Part shown: positions 44,060-57,400 of the stretch, piece by piece
Layout of the letters: every line of letters starts with the position of its first letter
How positions within the stretch are numbered: the stretch's first letter is position 1
Assembly: GCF_036365525.1 (NCBI RefSeq)
Contig: NC_090376.1
Location: forward strand, 26,158,311-26,222,310
DNA from: Heterodontus francisci
Lineage: Eukaryota
Direction of reading: 5' to 3'
Length of the DNA: 64,000 nucleotides
Notes under the pieces: generated by a model
Database searches by the model: none
What the model was told of the DNA's origin: nothing
The model's input: the letters and a program-made list of their open reading frames with translations, nothing else
Translations under genes and position numbers: made by a program

Positions 44060-45500
44060 ATCCTTCTTCTTAGGTAGTCCCTCAGGAACAGGGATAACTT
44101 TCTTCCATTCCAGGGGTGTGGGTCCTTAGTGTTCGAGTCTGAAGTTCTGTTAATGGATGATAATTACCTGGCGGTTCAAGCTAATAGGGTGAACAGGTGT
44201 TGGGTGTTAATTAGTTAATTGTATTCCAGTGTGTATATATAAAGAGCCAGCCAGTACTGATTGTGGGTGTTGGGAGTAAGCTCTGTGATAAGCAATTGCC
44301 ACTAAAGCATCAGAGTCTCCTTCACAAACAGGCTTGGAAGTTTCTCTAACACTTAGGTGACTGAATAGTCCAATTCTGAATCCACACACTCTGCCACTGG
44401 TTGGGCAGGTGGTGTTTGGTGAGGCAAGTGAAGGGGATGTTTGAATTTCTGAACACTCCTTCTGCTGTTTGCACTTGGTTGCTGTCTGGGCATGTCGATG
44501 TTGTTTGAACTGGTTGGCTCCTTTGCGGATGCTTCTTCTCCATCTTGGGCAAGAGATTCCCATGAATCGGTGAAGATGCCACATTTTTTTCAGGGAGGCT
44601 TTAAGAACATCCTTAGTGTTTCTGCTGCCCTCCTTATAACCTCTTGCCACGAGGGAGCTCAGAGTAGAAAGCTTGCTTTGGGAGTCTTGTCTCAGGCATG
44701 TGGATGATGTGGCCTGGCCAACATAGCTTACTAGCCATGACCAGTGTCTCAATACTTGGCATGCTGGCCTGAGAGAGGACACTGCTATTGGAGCACCAAT
44801 TCTGCCACTGAATTTGCAGGGGAGGCACTGCTGGTGATCTCTCTCTCCAGGGCTTTGAGATGTCTGCTGTAGAGTCCATGTTTCCGAAGTATACATGAGG
44901 GCAGGTAACACTGCGGCCTTGTAGACCATGAGCTTGGTGCCAGGTTTGAGGATCTTTGTCATCAAACATTCTTTTCCTCAGATGACCGAAAGCTGTGCTG
45001 GCACATTGGAGGTGTTAGTTAGTTAGAGTTACAGCACTGAAACAGGCTGTTCGGCCAACCGAGTCTGTGCCGACCATCAACCACCCATTTATCCTAATCC
45101 TACACTAATTCCATATTCCTACCACATCCCCACCTGTCCCTATATTTCCCTACCACCTACCTATACTAGGGGCAATTTATAATGGCCAATTTACCTATCA
45201 ACCTGCAAGTCTTTGGCCTGTGGGAGGAAACCGGAGCACCCACGGAGACACAGGGAGAACTTGCAAACTCCACACAGGCAGTACCCAGAATTGAACCCGG
45301 GTCACTGGAGCTGTGAGGCTGCGGTGCTAACCACTGTGCAACTGTGCCGCTGAGTTTCATTGTCAATGTCTGCCCTTTGCTGAGAGGAGGCTCCCAAGGT
45401 ATGAGAAGTTATCCATTGTCCAGTGGTTCGCTGTGGATCTTGATAGTCAGGGGGCAGTGTTGCACTGCGGGAGAAGGCTTCTGGATGTTTAGCTTAAGGC
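44060..45500 (-). mobile_element. Degraded RTE-clade LINE interrupted by a V-SINE
   Basis: TKLMVYKAAVLPALMYTSETW; GHIIHMPETRLPKQAFYSEL; CGFRIGLFSH. Confidence 0.85.
45014..45350 (-). mobile_element. V-SINE (HE1-like) nested in the RTE
   Basis: Same family; (TTAG)n tail. Confidence 0.92.
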
Positions 45501-45689
45501 CCATTCTTTCATATGCCTCTGTTAGCATCCTTACCACCTAGTTGCAACCTGATTTTTTTTTTAATCAAATGTTCATCTGAAAGTTGGAAACATACTGTGA
45601 TCACTTGATTTGTTTTCTGAGTCGGGGTTTTATTGTTAAACAGGAATCAGTGGGTTTGCAACCTCAAAGAGCTTTGTGTCAGTAAACTG

Positions 45690-46050
45690 CTGTCTTGGAG
45701 GCAGCCGGTGGTTGATGCACGGGCGGAACAATTGTTGCTAGCCGCGGGTATCCACCCGGAGCTTCTGAGGCGGGCGTACCTTTAGCTATCATTCTGTGCC
45801 CTTGAATTGTTGTCCGTGTCCGATAGCTGGTGACCGCTGGAGATGGGGCTCCTGCCGGACGAGGCGAAGGTTCTGCCGCCGCCGGGGATCTTCAATCGGA
45901 ATAGCGTGTGGCTGGGGTTCATTGGCTGGACCACGGCGTTGCTGCAGAACGGGCTGAACCGGCGGCCACCGTTCAAAGCCGGTGAGTAAAGGTCAGGAAA
46001 AGCAGGCGGGTCCTGAGGCTCCGGGCCTGGTCCATCTGCTCCCCCCCTTC
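45690..46050 (+). promoter_or_regulatory. NDUFC2 CpG-island promoter
   Basis: Dense CpG and GC boxes (GGGCGG near 45721) around exon 1. Confidence 0.7.
45843..45981 (+). CDS. NDUFC2: NDUFC2 exon 1
   Basis: gagATGG start in a CpG island; G|gtgagt donor. Confidence 0.93.
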
Positions 46051-49000
46051 ACTAACACAGGGGGTTGGGGAGGTTTAGTCAGAGTCACTGCCCCATTTTA
46101 CAGACAACATCAAAAATAGAAAAATAATCATTGGCTAGAGGTCAACCTGTATTTTTTGTACTATTTTCTCCCTTCTTTCTCTGAGAGTAGCCTGCCTGAG
46201 GAAGGGTCCCGGGGATATTTGGTGCCCACATACCAGCCCTCATTGTAATATTTACTTCAAAAATTAGTCCTGCAACTTGCATCAGTTTCTTTGCCCTGAC
46301 ACAGTCTCGTATGATAATGGAACATGTGCAATTACACAGAATCACAGAATTGTTACAGTGCGGAGGTTATTCAGCCCATCGTGTCTGCACCGGCTCTCCT
46401 AATGAGCAGTTCACTTTGTGCCACTTACCCGCCTTCTCCCTGTAATCCTGCACATTCTTCCTTCTCATATAACAGTCTAGTTCCCTTTTGAATGCTTCAA
46501 TTGAACCTGTCTCCACCAGACTCTCAGGCAGTGCATTCCAGACTTTAACCACACGCTGCGTGAAAAAGTTGTTCCTTATTTCTCGTGTCGCTTTTCCTTT
46601 TACCAATTACTTTAAATCCGTGCCTTCTCTTTTCTCAATCCTTTCACGAGTGGGAACAGTTTCTCCCTATCAACTCTGTCCAGACCTCTCATGATTTTGA
46701 CTATCTCTATCAAATCTCCTCTCAGCCTTCTCTTCAAGGAAAACAGTCCCAACATCTCCAGTCTATCTTTGTAACTGAAGTTCCTCATCCCTGTAATCAT
46801 TCTCGGCTCCCAGAACTGGACGCAGTACTCCAGCTGAGGCTGAACTAGTGTCTTTATACAAGTTCAGAATGATCTCATTGCTCTTGTATGCTATGCCTCT
46901 ATTAATAAAGCCTAGGAAACTGTATGCTTTATTAACCGCGCTCGCAACCTGTCCTGCCACCTTCAATGACTTATGCACATATATACCCAGGTCCCGCTGC
47001 TCCTGTACCCCACTTTAAAATTGTACCGTTTATTTGATATTGTCACTCCACGCTCTTCCTACCAAAATGAATCACTTCACATTTCTCTGCATTAAATTTC
47101 ATCTGCTACCTGTCTGCCCATTCCACCAACCTATCTTTTTTTTGAAATTCTACACTATCATCCTCACAGTTCACAATGCTTCCAAGTTTCATATCATCTA
47201 CAAACTTTGAAATTGTGCCCTGCACTCCAAGGTCTAGATCATTAATATCTATCAGGAAAAGCAAGGGTCCCAACATTGACCCCTGGGGAACTCCACTACA
47301 AATGTTCCTCCAGCCCAAAAAAATGCAATAACCACTACTTATTGTTTCCTGTCGCTCAGCCAATTCCGTATCCATGTTGCTACTGTCTTTTTATTCCATG
47401 AGCTATAACTTTGCTCACAAGACTGCTGTGGGGCATTGTGTCAAGCACCTTCTGGAAGTCCATGTACACCACGTCAACGGCATTGCCCTTATTAACCCAC
47501 TCTATTACTACCTCAAAAAAACTCCAGCAAGTTAGTTAGACATGATTTTCCCTTAAGAAGTCCATGCTGGCTTTCTTTAATTAACCCACTTTTGTTCATG
47601 CCCATGTCCCGAATTATTCTTTATAGAATTTTCCCCACCACTGACGTTAAACTGACTGGCCTGTAGTTGTTGGGCTTATCTTTTACATCCTTTGTTGAAC
47701 AAGGGTGTAACGTTTGTATTTCTCCAATCCTCTGGCACCAACCCCCCCTCTCCCCCCCGAGTCTAAGGAAGAGTGAAAAATTATGGCCAGTGCCTCTGCA
47801 GTTTCAACTCTCTCTTCCCTCAGTATCCTTGGATGCATCTCATCCGGTCCTGTTGTCTTATCCACTTGAAGTACAGACAGCCTATCCAGTACCACCTCCT
47901 TGTCAATTATAAACCCTGCTACTGTCTGAATTACCTCTTTCACCATTGCCTGGGTTGCATCTTTTTCCTGAGTAAAGACAATGCAAAGTATTCATTTAGT
48001 ACCTCAGCTATACCCTTCCATGCGTAAATCCCCTTTTTGGTTCCTAATTGGCTCCAATCCTTTTACCACCCTTTTACTATTTATATGTCTATAGAAAATT
48101 TTGGGATTTCCTCTAGTGCTCGCTGCCAGTTTCTTTTCATGCTCTCATTTGCTTTTCTTATTTGCTTTTTCACTTCACCTCTGAACCTTCTATATTCAGC
48201 CTGATTCTCAATAGTATTTTCTATCTGGCATCTGTCATAAGCACACTTTTTTTTCTTCTTTATATTAATCTCTACCTCTTTTGTCATCCAGGGAGCTCTG
48301 GATTTGTTTACCCTATCTGTTCCCTTTGAGGGAACAGACCTTGACTGTTACCGAACTATCTCTTCTTTGAAGGTAGCCCATTGTTCAGCTACCGTTTTTC
48401 CTACCAACCTTTTGATGCCAATTTATTTGTCCCAGACCCATTCTTTCCCTATTGAAGTTGGCTTTCCCCTAGTTAATTAATCTTACTCTGGATCGTTCTT
48501 TGTCCTTTTCCATAGTCAGCCTAAACCTTATGATACAGTAATCACTGTCCCCTAAATATTCTAATACTGACACTTGCTCCACTTGGCCCACCTCATTCCC
48601 AAGAACCAGGTCTAGCAGTGCCTCCTTTCTCGTTGGACTGGAAACATACTGCTGCAGAAAAGTTTTCTGAACACTGTCTAGGAACTCTTGCTCCTCACTG
48701 CCCTTTAACTGCCACTATCCCAGTCTACGTTTGGATAATTAAAGTCCCCCATTATAACTACCCTGTAATGTTTGCACCTCACTGTTGTCTTTGCAGATTT
48801 ATTCAAGAAGACATAAGTTGATTGATGGAATGGGCGGACAAGCGGCAGATGAAATTTAATGCAAAGAAATGTGAAGTGATTCATTTTGGTAGGGAGAATG
48901 AGGAGAGGCAGTTCTAAATGGGCTGCGGGAGCAGTGGGACCTGGGGGATATGTGCATAAATCATTGAAAGTGGCAGGGTTAGTTGAGAAAATAGTTAATA

Positions 49001-52000
49001 AAACATATGGGATCCTGGGCTTTACAAATAGGGGCTTAGAGTATAAGAAGAAGGAAGTTATGATAAACCTGTATAAAACACTGGTTTGGCCTCGGTTGGT
49101 GTATTGTATCCAGTTCTGGGCACCACACGTTGGGAAGGATAAGACATTAGGGTGCAGAAAAGATTCATGAGGGTGGTTCAGGGTTGAAGAACTTCAGTTA
49201 CGTGGATAGGTTAGAGAATCTGGGGCTGCTCTCCTTGGAAAAGAGAGGAATATGAGGAGATTTGATGGAGGTACTCAAAATCATCCGGACATTGTAGATC
49301 GGGAGACACTATTCCTTTTGGCCGAAGGATCCAGAACTATAAGACACCGATTTAAGGTGATTGGCAAAAGAAGAAAAGGTGACATGAGGAAAAACCTTTC
49401 TTGGGCAGCAAGTGGTTAGGATCTGGAATGCTCTGCCTGAGAATGTAGTGGAGGTCGACTCAATCAAAACCTTCAAAAGAGAACTGGATAATTATGTGAG
49501 GAGTGAAAATTTGCAGGGCTGTGGGGGAGTGGGACTTAATGAGTTGCTCTTGCAAAGAGCCGGCACAGACACGATGGCCGAATGACATCCTGTGCTGTAA
49601 CCATTCTATGATTCTACGATTCTAAATATAGCTTTTCAAAAAAAACTGCTTAATAGGCCAGTTATTAGGAACACTGGAACAGCAGTAGGCCAATCAACTC
49701 CTTGAGCCATTCAATCAGATTGTGGCTGATCTCTAACTTAACATACCTGCCTTTACTCCATTACCCTTAATACCTTTGATTAGTTGGCTGCCATGTTTCC
49801 TACATTACAACAATGACTACATTTCAGAAATACTTCCTTTGGCGGTAAAGCATTTGGGATAGCCTGAGGTCGTGAAAAGTGCTATATAAATGCAAGCCTT
49901 TTTGAATTAAAAGTAATTCTTTAAATGGTAATGATCCTGTTTTTGATGCCAGGAAATAGTGTCAAAGTTAACCTGGTTGCAATTATGATGGAACCATGTT
50001 AAACTTCAGCATTTATTAGCTGAAAGTCTGGCTTTCAGATTTACAGCCCTCAGATGCCATCTTTCCCCCAAAATAGAGGGCGAACCCCAGAAAACAGGAA
50101 AAACCTGTATGTAAATGTCATTCCGAGAAATACTGAGGAACAGGAATTCAAAGGAATGCTGGATTTTGGAGGTTTCCGAGTGAAGAATGGAGTGAAACAG
50201 GATTGTGTCCTAGCCCTCACTTTGACATCTTCTCCATGTTCCTGACTTTGGCCTTCCCTGCAGATATGGAAGGAGTCTATTTGTACACTAGGTCAGACAG
50301 CAAGCTCTACAATCTATCAAAGCTGAAAGCAAAGACAAAAATAGATCATGTCCTGATCAGAGAACTACTCTACACTGATGATGCTATGCTAGTCACTCCC
50401 ATGGAAACTCAGCTACAAAGACTCATGGACTGTCTCTCCCATGCCTGTGACTTGTTCTCTTTGACTCTTCAGTGTCAAGAAAGCCATGGTCATGGGACAA
50501 GGTTTTACATCTCTGCCCCTGATCACAATAAACACTCCCCACTGCCGCCCCCCCCCCCCCCCCACTGGGTGTGGTTAGCAAATTCTGCTACCTTGGATCC
50601 ATGGTGACAGACACATGCATAGCGAAAGCAGCTACCACCTTTGGCCGAATCATGAAACGTGCATGGGATAACACCAAGCTGATGGTTTACAAGGCTTGTG
50701 TTCTCAACACCTTGCTGTATGGCTGTGAAACATGAGCAACTTGCTGCTACCAGGAAAATTTTGCTCTTAGCTTTGAGTCACTCGGCAGCTTCACATGCAG
50801 CATTTGTGGCAGAAACTGCCTCTCAAGGATTGGTCTTCACAACCTCAGCAAAGGTGCACCAAGAGAAGATACCCCACCTAAATGGATTGTTTGCTGCGTG
50901 TCCATCATCTTTCATAGATGACAGGATACCAAGCAACGAATGTATATAGCACATGACTCTGTTTTCTAAAGAAAAAAGGCTCATAGTCTTAACTTTTGAG
51001 GAAGATAATTGGAGTTTACAGATGTATAGTTAGATAAAACAACATATTGTGAATGATGAGATTTAAAGAGGCTGTTACTCGTGAAGCTTGGTTAAAATGC
51101 CAGTGAAACCTCAGGATGACAAGCTAGGATTTGCAGATGAAAGGACACACTCGTGGTATGAATTGGTGCATTAGGCTTACCTATACCAGAGAGTTCTTTG
51201 TTGTTGTAATAGGAATGCCTGTGGAATAAAGACCAGGTGTCATTTATTTTCTTGCATTAGGTCATGTTTTGCCATCTTATTCCATATTACAAGGCAAGTG
51301 TAAAATCTCTTGCTTTGCTTGTAGGTGTGCACCGGCAGCTTCTTTATGTAAGTGTTGGGTGGTTTGTTGGCTATTACCTCACCAAGCTGGAAAATTACAA
51401 GACTGCCAAATTAGACCGAGAGATGATGGAATATATTCAGCGCCACTCAGATGACTTTCCTGAAAAAGGTAATTCATGTAGTACGAACTAAAGAAGCAGA
51501 AAATACATAGGCTGTAAAGGGATGATGTTTACTTTTTAGGTAGGTGATGAACTACCTCTTATAAAGCATTCTGCAGTCATGCACTTGATAGATAATTAAG
51601 CAATGCAGAATGTAGACCGAAAGAGCTGGAGATTTTAAATTTGTCTAAAATGTAGTTAATCTGTCTTCAACCAATGTTAAGAAATGTACATTTCCAGTAG
51701 GGGTTGCTGAATAATAATAGCACAACAACTTACATTTCTTGATTTATAGAAAAACATCTCAAGGTGTTTAAGAAATCTTACCAAATTTTCCCTTCTAAAC
51801 CCAAGGGACATGAGGCCATTTGTAGTATACTGCCTGCTGTCCTGGATGAGGTCAGCTAACTCAACATAGAGTGGGGATTGAATCTAGTATCTTCCTGGGC
51901 TGAATGGCCCAACCACTCTCAAACCAACTTTATTCATGCTTAAATTTATATCAAATCACATCTCAGTAGAATTCTGTTTTATATGAAAAAATGCCTGAAA

Positions 52001-53718
52001 TATCATATTTTTTAGAAAAAACTTGGGCCTGAAATTTCCTGAAAGTTGGTACCATACTAATGGAGCAACGCTGCTTGTGGGAATGCTGTTGCAAGAAAGC
52101 ACTGGTGTGTTACAGCTAGCTTTTTCCAGGGACAATCTTTCAGGATGTGGTTTTAATTAGACAGGTTAGTTCTGGGCATAGGATTTAAAGGTTGGGGATA
52201 AAAACAGAATTTGCTGTGATATTGTTAAAAATATGTCATGAATTGAAAGTAATTAATAAAATTCTATCAATAGTAAATTGCTACAATATCTGGAATGTGA
52301 TTATTGCAAATCTACTATGGGAAGCTGATAGTTTTCCATTAATGTGCCACCCAGCATTTCTCATCTGTTCAGACCTGTTAATGAAAATACATTTCATAGT
52401 GAAATATATTTTTCAGAATATGCTGCATATATGTTGATTTTTCTCCCTGTGAAAACTTTGAAATTCATAAGTGATGCATTGTGGGCATAATTTCCAATAT
52501 CTTCTGGACATTTATCGCTATTAAGAATTGAGTAAATGGCACCTTTGCACAGTGGCGCTGCTTCAGAACTCCTTGGATCATCACTGTCATTGCTTTAGTG
52601 TATGATAATGTTGGATGGGGGTGAACAGTGATCTTGTAGCGATCGTTGCCAATAAATTCCTGGCCTTAATCAGGGGGTGTCAGAGTGGACTTTGGTACCC
52701 TCCTTTCCTCTTAACTCCTCGATTCAGATCTATTTCAGCCTGTGTGGATGAAACCTGCGGTGTGTTCTTATGACCTATATAAAGTGGGTTCATGTTGTTT
52801 CAGTCCAGTTCCATGAGAACAAAATCATCCATTAGTTTGGTGCTCTACACTAAGGTTAAAAAAAGCTGAATACAGTAGGCAGTATGCATTAATGCACCGA
52901 TGGAGAACTTTTTTCTCTGCCTAGTAATGACGTACTGTTTCCGTATGAATGCACAATCTGCTCATACTAAATTTATCTCCGTGCTTTATTTTTAAAAAAC
53001 TGTTACCATTATCCCAGTTGAAGTAAATGGGTTGACACCTGCACTTTGACAAAAAGCGCACCAAGCAAATTTATGGTTGTCTTCTTCATTTGTACAGGAG
53101 CAGTGGTGTGTGGAAGGTACATCCCAATATGTCATAACCCCAACCTAAAGATTACCCTCTGCTACATCAATGCAATTTTTTTAAATCTTGTGGTTTGTGA
53201 GTGCCAGTTTCTGGAACTAGATTAAAACAGTTTAATATTTATTTCAGTCAGGACTTTTACAGCCAGTAGAGAAAAGAAACCTTCACTCTCATCAGTCTGG
53301 GATGGATTTGGACCATGTCCTGCAGTGAAAGGACCACTGCCGACAAACTCGTCATATTGGTGTACAAGTGCTAAACACCTTCGTATGACTATCTTTTACC
53401 CAATGTTATAACTGAGAAGATAGCTTGTTTATTGTAGGTAATGCATTGAAGGTTAACGTCGCTGTCAAATAGCAGGCAGAGGAATCTTATGTAAGTGTAC
53501 TAAACATTCATTTCCAGGCTAGAGTGTTAACTCCCATTGAGACATCCAGTACCAAGAACTGCAACTTGTATTTTGGGATTGCCAGTTGATCATAGCACTG
53601 TCAAATTATTGGTTCTTTTTAATTTTTAAGCATGATTGATTGATTTTCTCATTTATCTTTCTTTTCAGAAAAAAAGACATTTACTGACATTCTGGAGAAT
53701 TTTCATCCAATTCGCTAA
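45843..53718 (+). CDS. NDUFC2: NADH:ubiquinone oxidoreductase subunit C2 (B14.5b), 3 exons, 110 aa: join(45843-45981,51325-51468,53669-53718)
   Basis: LPDEAKVLPPPG...NRRPPFKAGVHRQLLYVSVGWFVGYYL...AKLDREMMEYIQRHSDDF...KKTFTDILENFHPIR*. Canonical splice sites, in frame. Follows ALG8 as in mammals. Confidence 0.96.
46335..48800 (-). mobile_element. CR1 LINE, about 2.5 kb, degraded (NDUFC2 intron 1)
   Basis: GPDEMHPRILRE, GVPQGSMLGPLLF, FVDDMKL; endonuclease remnants near 48550-48770. Confidence 0.92.
48800..49625 (+). mobile_element. CR1 3' fragment in opposite orientation, abutting the previous copy
   Basis: HKSLKVAG...YCIQFWAPH; ATTCTATG tail. Confidence 0.9.
50170..50755 (+). mobile_element. 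RTE-clade RT fragment
   Basis: GVKQDCVLA and IRELLYTDD (degenerate ADD motif) remnants. Confidence 0.8.
51325..51468 (+). CDS. NDUFC2: NDUFC2 exon 2
   Basis: ttgtag acceptor; G|gtaatt donor; GVHRQLLY motif. Confidence 0.96.
53669..53718 (+). CDS. NDUFC2: NDUFC2 exon 3 (terminal)
   Basis: ttttcag acceptor; FHPIR-TAA. Confidence 0.95.
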
Positions 53719-53840
53719 CGTACACAACAGTAATTCTTAGTTGACCATGTTGGGTTATTGTTATAACTCACAACTGTATCAGCTGAAGTATAAAAATATG
53801 ATAGTGTGCTCATTGTACTTCTCATTGTAAATTACTTTAT

Positions 53841-53846
53841 AATAAA
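53841..53846 (+). terminator. NDUFC2 poly(A) signal
   Basis: AATAAA about 120 nt after the stop, followed by a T-rich tract. Confidence 0.65.
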
Positions 53847-54104
53847 TTATATGAAATAATTATGCTGTTTTTATTTAATCCTGATATTAAAGTGGAGCAT
53901 ACTTTAAAGCAATCAGACCGGTTTTCTCAAATTATCAGATGGTCATTGATCTCTATGCTATCAGTGATGTAGAAATTTGAGACAGACAGCAAATAGATTA
54001 TTGCAATGCAAATAACCTTTGAGGGACAATTGGCTAGAAATACTGCAATGCTAGAAACTCAAATAATCTGCTGTATCCTTTGCATGTTGAAGTCCATTCC
54101 TACA

Positions 54105-54410
54105 ACAACTACTTGCATTTATAAAGCACCTTTAACATAGTAAAATGTCCCAAGGCACTTCACAGGAATGTTATCAAACAAAATTTGACACTGAGCCACA
54201 TGGAGATATTAGGGCTGATGACCAAAAACTTGGTCTATGAAGTAGGTTTTAAGGAGACTTTTAAAGGAGGGTAGAAAGGCAGAGAGGTTTAGGGTGAGAA
54301 TTCCAGAGTTTAGGGCCTCAGCAACTGAAGGCATCAGTGGTGGAGCATTAAAATCAGGGATGTTCAAGAGGCCAAAACTGGAGGAATGTAGATATCTTGG
54401 AGGGTTGTAG
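54105..54410 (-). mobile_element. L2-type LINE 3' end (similar pieces at 14275-14340, 37470-37620, 39775-39870, 49783-49900)
   Basis: CTTGCATTTATAAAGCACCTTTAAC...GTCCCAAGGCACTTCACAG tail. Confidence 0.7.
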
Positions 54411-54441
54411 ATTTTGTTTCTCTGGGTGAAATATCAACTTC

Positions 54442-57400
54442 AAAGAACAGTACAGCACAGGAACAGGCCATCCGGCCCTCCAAGCCTGCACCGATCTTGA
54501 TGCCTGTCTAAACTAAAACCTTCTGCACTTCCGGGGTCCGTATCCCTCTATTCCCATCCTATTCACGTATTTGTCAAGATGCCTCTTAAACTTCACTATT
54601 GTACCTGCTTCCACCACCTCCCCCGGCAACAAGTTCCAGGCACTCACCACCCTGTGTGTAAAAAAAAAAAAGAACTTGCCTTGCACATCCCCTCTAAACT
54701 TTGCCCCTCACACCTTAAACCTATGTCCCCTAGTAACTGACTTTTCCACCCTGGGAAAAAACGTCTGACTATCCACTCTGTCCATACCACTCATAACTTT
54801 GTAAACCTCTATCATGTCGCCCCTCCACCTCTGTCATTCCAGTGAAAACAATCCGAGTTTATCCAACCTCTTCTCATAGCTAATACCCTCCAGACCAGGC
54901 AACATCCTGGTAAACCTCTTCTGTACCCTCTCCAAAGCCTCCACATCCTTCTGGTAGTATGGCGACCAGAATGGTACGCAATATTCCAAGTGTGGCCTAA
55001 CTAAGGTTCTGTACAGCTGCAGCATGACTTGCCAATTTTTATACTCTATGCCCCGACCAATGAAGGCAAGCATGTCGTATGCCTTCTTGACTACCTTATC
55101 CACCTGTATTGCCACTTTCAGTGATCTGTGGACCTGTACACCCAGATCTCTCTGCTTGTCAATACTCCTAAGGGTTCTGCCATTTACTGTATACTTCTCA
55201 CCTGTATTAGACCTTCCAAAATGCATTTGTCCGGATTAAACTCCATCTGCCATTTCTCCACCCAAGTCTCCAACCGATATATATCCTGCTCTATCCTCTG
55301 ACAATCCTCATCACTATCCGCAACTCCACCAACCTTTGTGTCGTCCGCAAACTCACTAATCAGACCAGCTACATTTTTCTCCAAATTATTTATATATACT
55401 ACAAACAGCAAAGGTCCCAGCACTGATTCCTGCGGAACACCACTAGTCACAGCCCTCCATTCAGAAAAGCACCCTTCCACTGCTACCCTCTGTCTTCTAT
55501 GACTGAGCCAGTTCTGTATCCATCTTGCCAGCTCACCTCTGATCCCGTGTGACTTCACCTTTTGTACCAGTCTGCCATGGGGGACCTTGTCAAAGGCTTG
55601 ACTGAAGTCCATGTCGACAACATCCACTGCTCTTCCTTCATCAATCATCTTCGTCACTTCCTCAAAAAATTCAATCAAGTTAGTGAGACACAACCTCCCC
55701 TTCACAAAACTATGCTGCCTCTCGCTAATAAGTTCATTTGTTTCCAAATGGGAGTAAATCCTGTCCCGAAGAATCCTCTCCAATAATTTTCCTACCACTG
55801 ACGTAAGGCTCAGTCTATAATTTCCTGGATTATCCTTGCTACCCTTCTTAAACAAAGGAACAACATTGGCTATTCTCCAGTCCTCTGGGACCTCACCTGT
55901 AGCCAATGAGGATACAAAGATTTCTGTCAAGGCCCCAGCAATTTCCTCCCTTGCCTCCCTCAGCATTCTGGGGCAGATCCTATCAGGCCCTGGGGACTTA
56001 ACTACCTTAATGTTTTTTTAAGACGCCCAACACCTCCTTTTTGATATCGACATGACCCAGACTATCTACACTCCCTTCCCTAGACTCATCATCCACCACA
56101 TCCTTCTCTTGGGTGAATACTGATGCAAAGTATTCATTTAGTACCTTGCCCATTTCCTCTGACTCCACGCATAGATTCCCTCCTCTGTCCTTGAGTGGGC
56201 CAAACCTTTCCCTAGCTACCCTCTTGCTTTTTATATACGTATAAAAAGCCTTGGGATTCTCCTTAATCCTGTTTGCCAATGACTTTTCATGACCCCTTTT
56301 AGCCCTCCTGACTCCTTGCTTAAGTTCCTTCCTACTTTCTTTATATTCCTCAAGGGCTTCATCTGTTCCCAGCCTTCTAGCCCTTATGAATGCTTCCTTT
56401 TTCTTTTTGACTAGGCTCACAATATGCCTCGTTATCCAAGGTTCCCGAAACTTGCCAAACTTATCCTTTATCCTCACAGGAACATGCCGGTCCTGGATTC
56501 TAATCAACTGACGTTAGAAAGACTCCCACATGTCAGATGTTGATTTACCCTCAAACAGCCGCCCCCAATCTAAATTCTTCAGTTCCTGCCTAATATTGTT
56601 ATAATTAGCCTTCCCCCAATTTAGCACCTTCACCCGAGGACTACTCTTATCCTTATCCACAAGTACCATAAAACTTACGGAATTATGGTCACTGTTCCCG
56701 AAATGCTCCCCTACTGAAACTTCGACCACTTGGCCGGGCTCATTCCTCAATACCAGGTCCAGTACGGTCCCTTCCCTAGTTGGACTACCTACATATTGTT
56801 TCAAGAAGCCCTCCCGGATGCTCCTTACAAATTCTGCCCCCTCCAAGCCCCTAGCACTAAGTGAGTCCCAGTCAATATAGGGGAAGTTAAAATCACCCAC
56901 CACTACAACCCTGTTGCTTTTACATCTTTCCAAAATCTGTCTACATATCTGCTCCTCTATCTCCCGCTGGCTGTTGGGAGGCCAGTAGTAAACCCCCAAC
57001 ATTGTGACTGCACCCTTCCTATTCCTGAGCTCTACCCATATTGCCTCGCTGCATGACCCCTTCGAGGTGTCCTCCCGCAGTACAGCTGTGATATTCTCCT
57101 TAACCAGTAATGCAACTCCCCCACCCCTTTTACATCCCCCTCTATCCCGCCTGAAGCATTTAAATCCCAGAACATTTAGCTGCCAATCCTGTCCTTCCCT
57201 CAACCAAGTCTTTGTAATAGCAACAACATCATAGTTCCAAGTACTAATCCAAGCTCTAAGTTCATCTGCCTTACCTTCTCTCATTGAAACAAATGCACTT
57301 CAGACCACCAGTCCCACTGTGCTCAGCAACATCTTCCTGCCTGCTCTTCCTCTCAGTTTTACTGGCCTTATTTACTAGTTCCCCCTCAGAACCTACTGCT

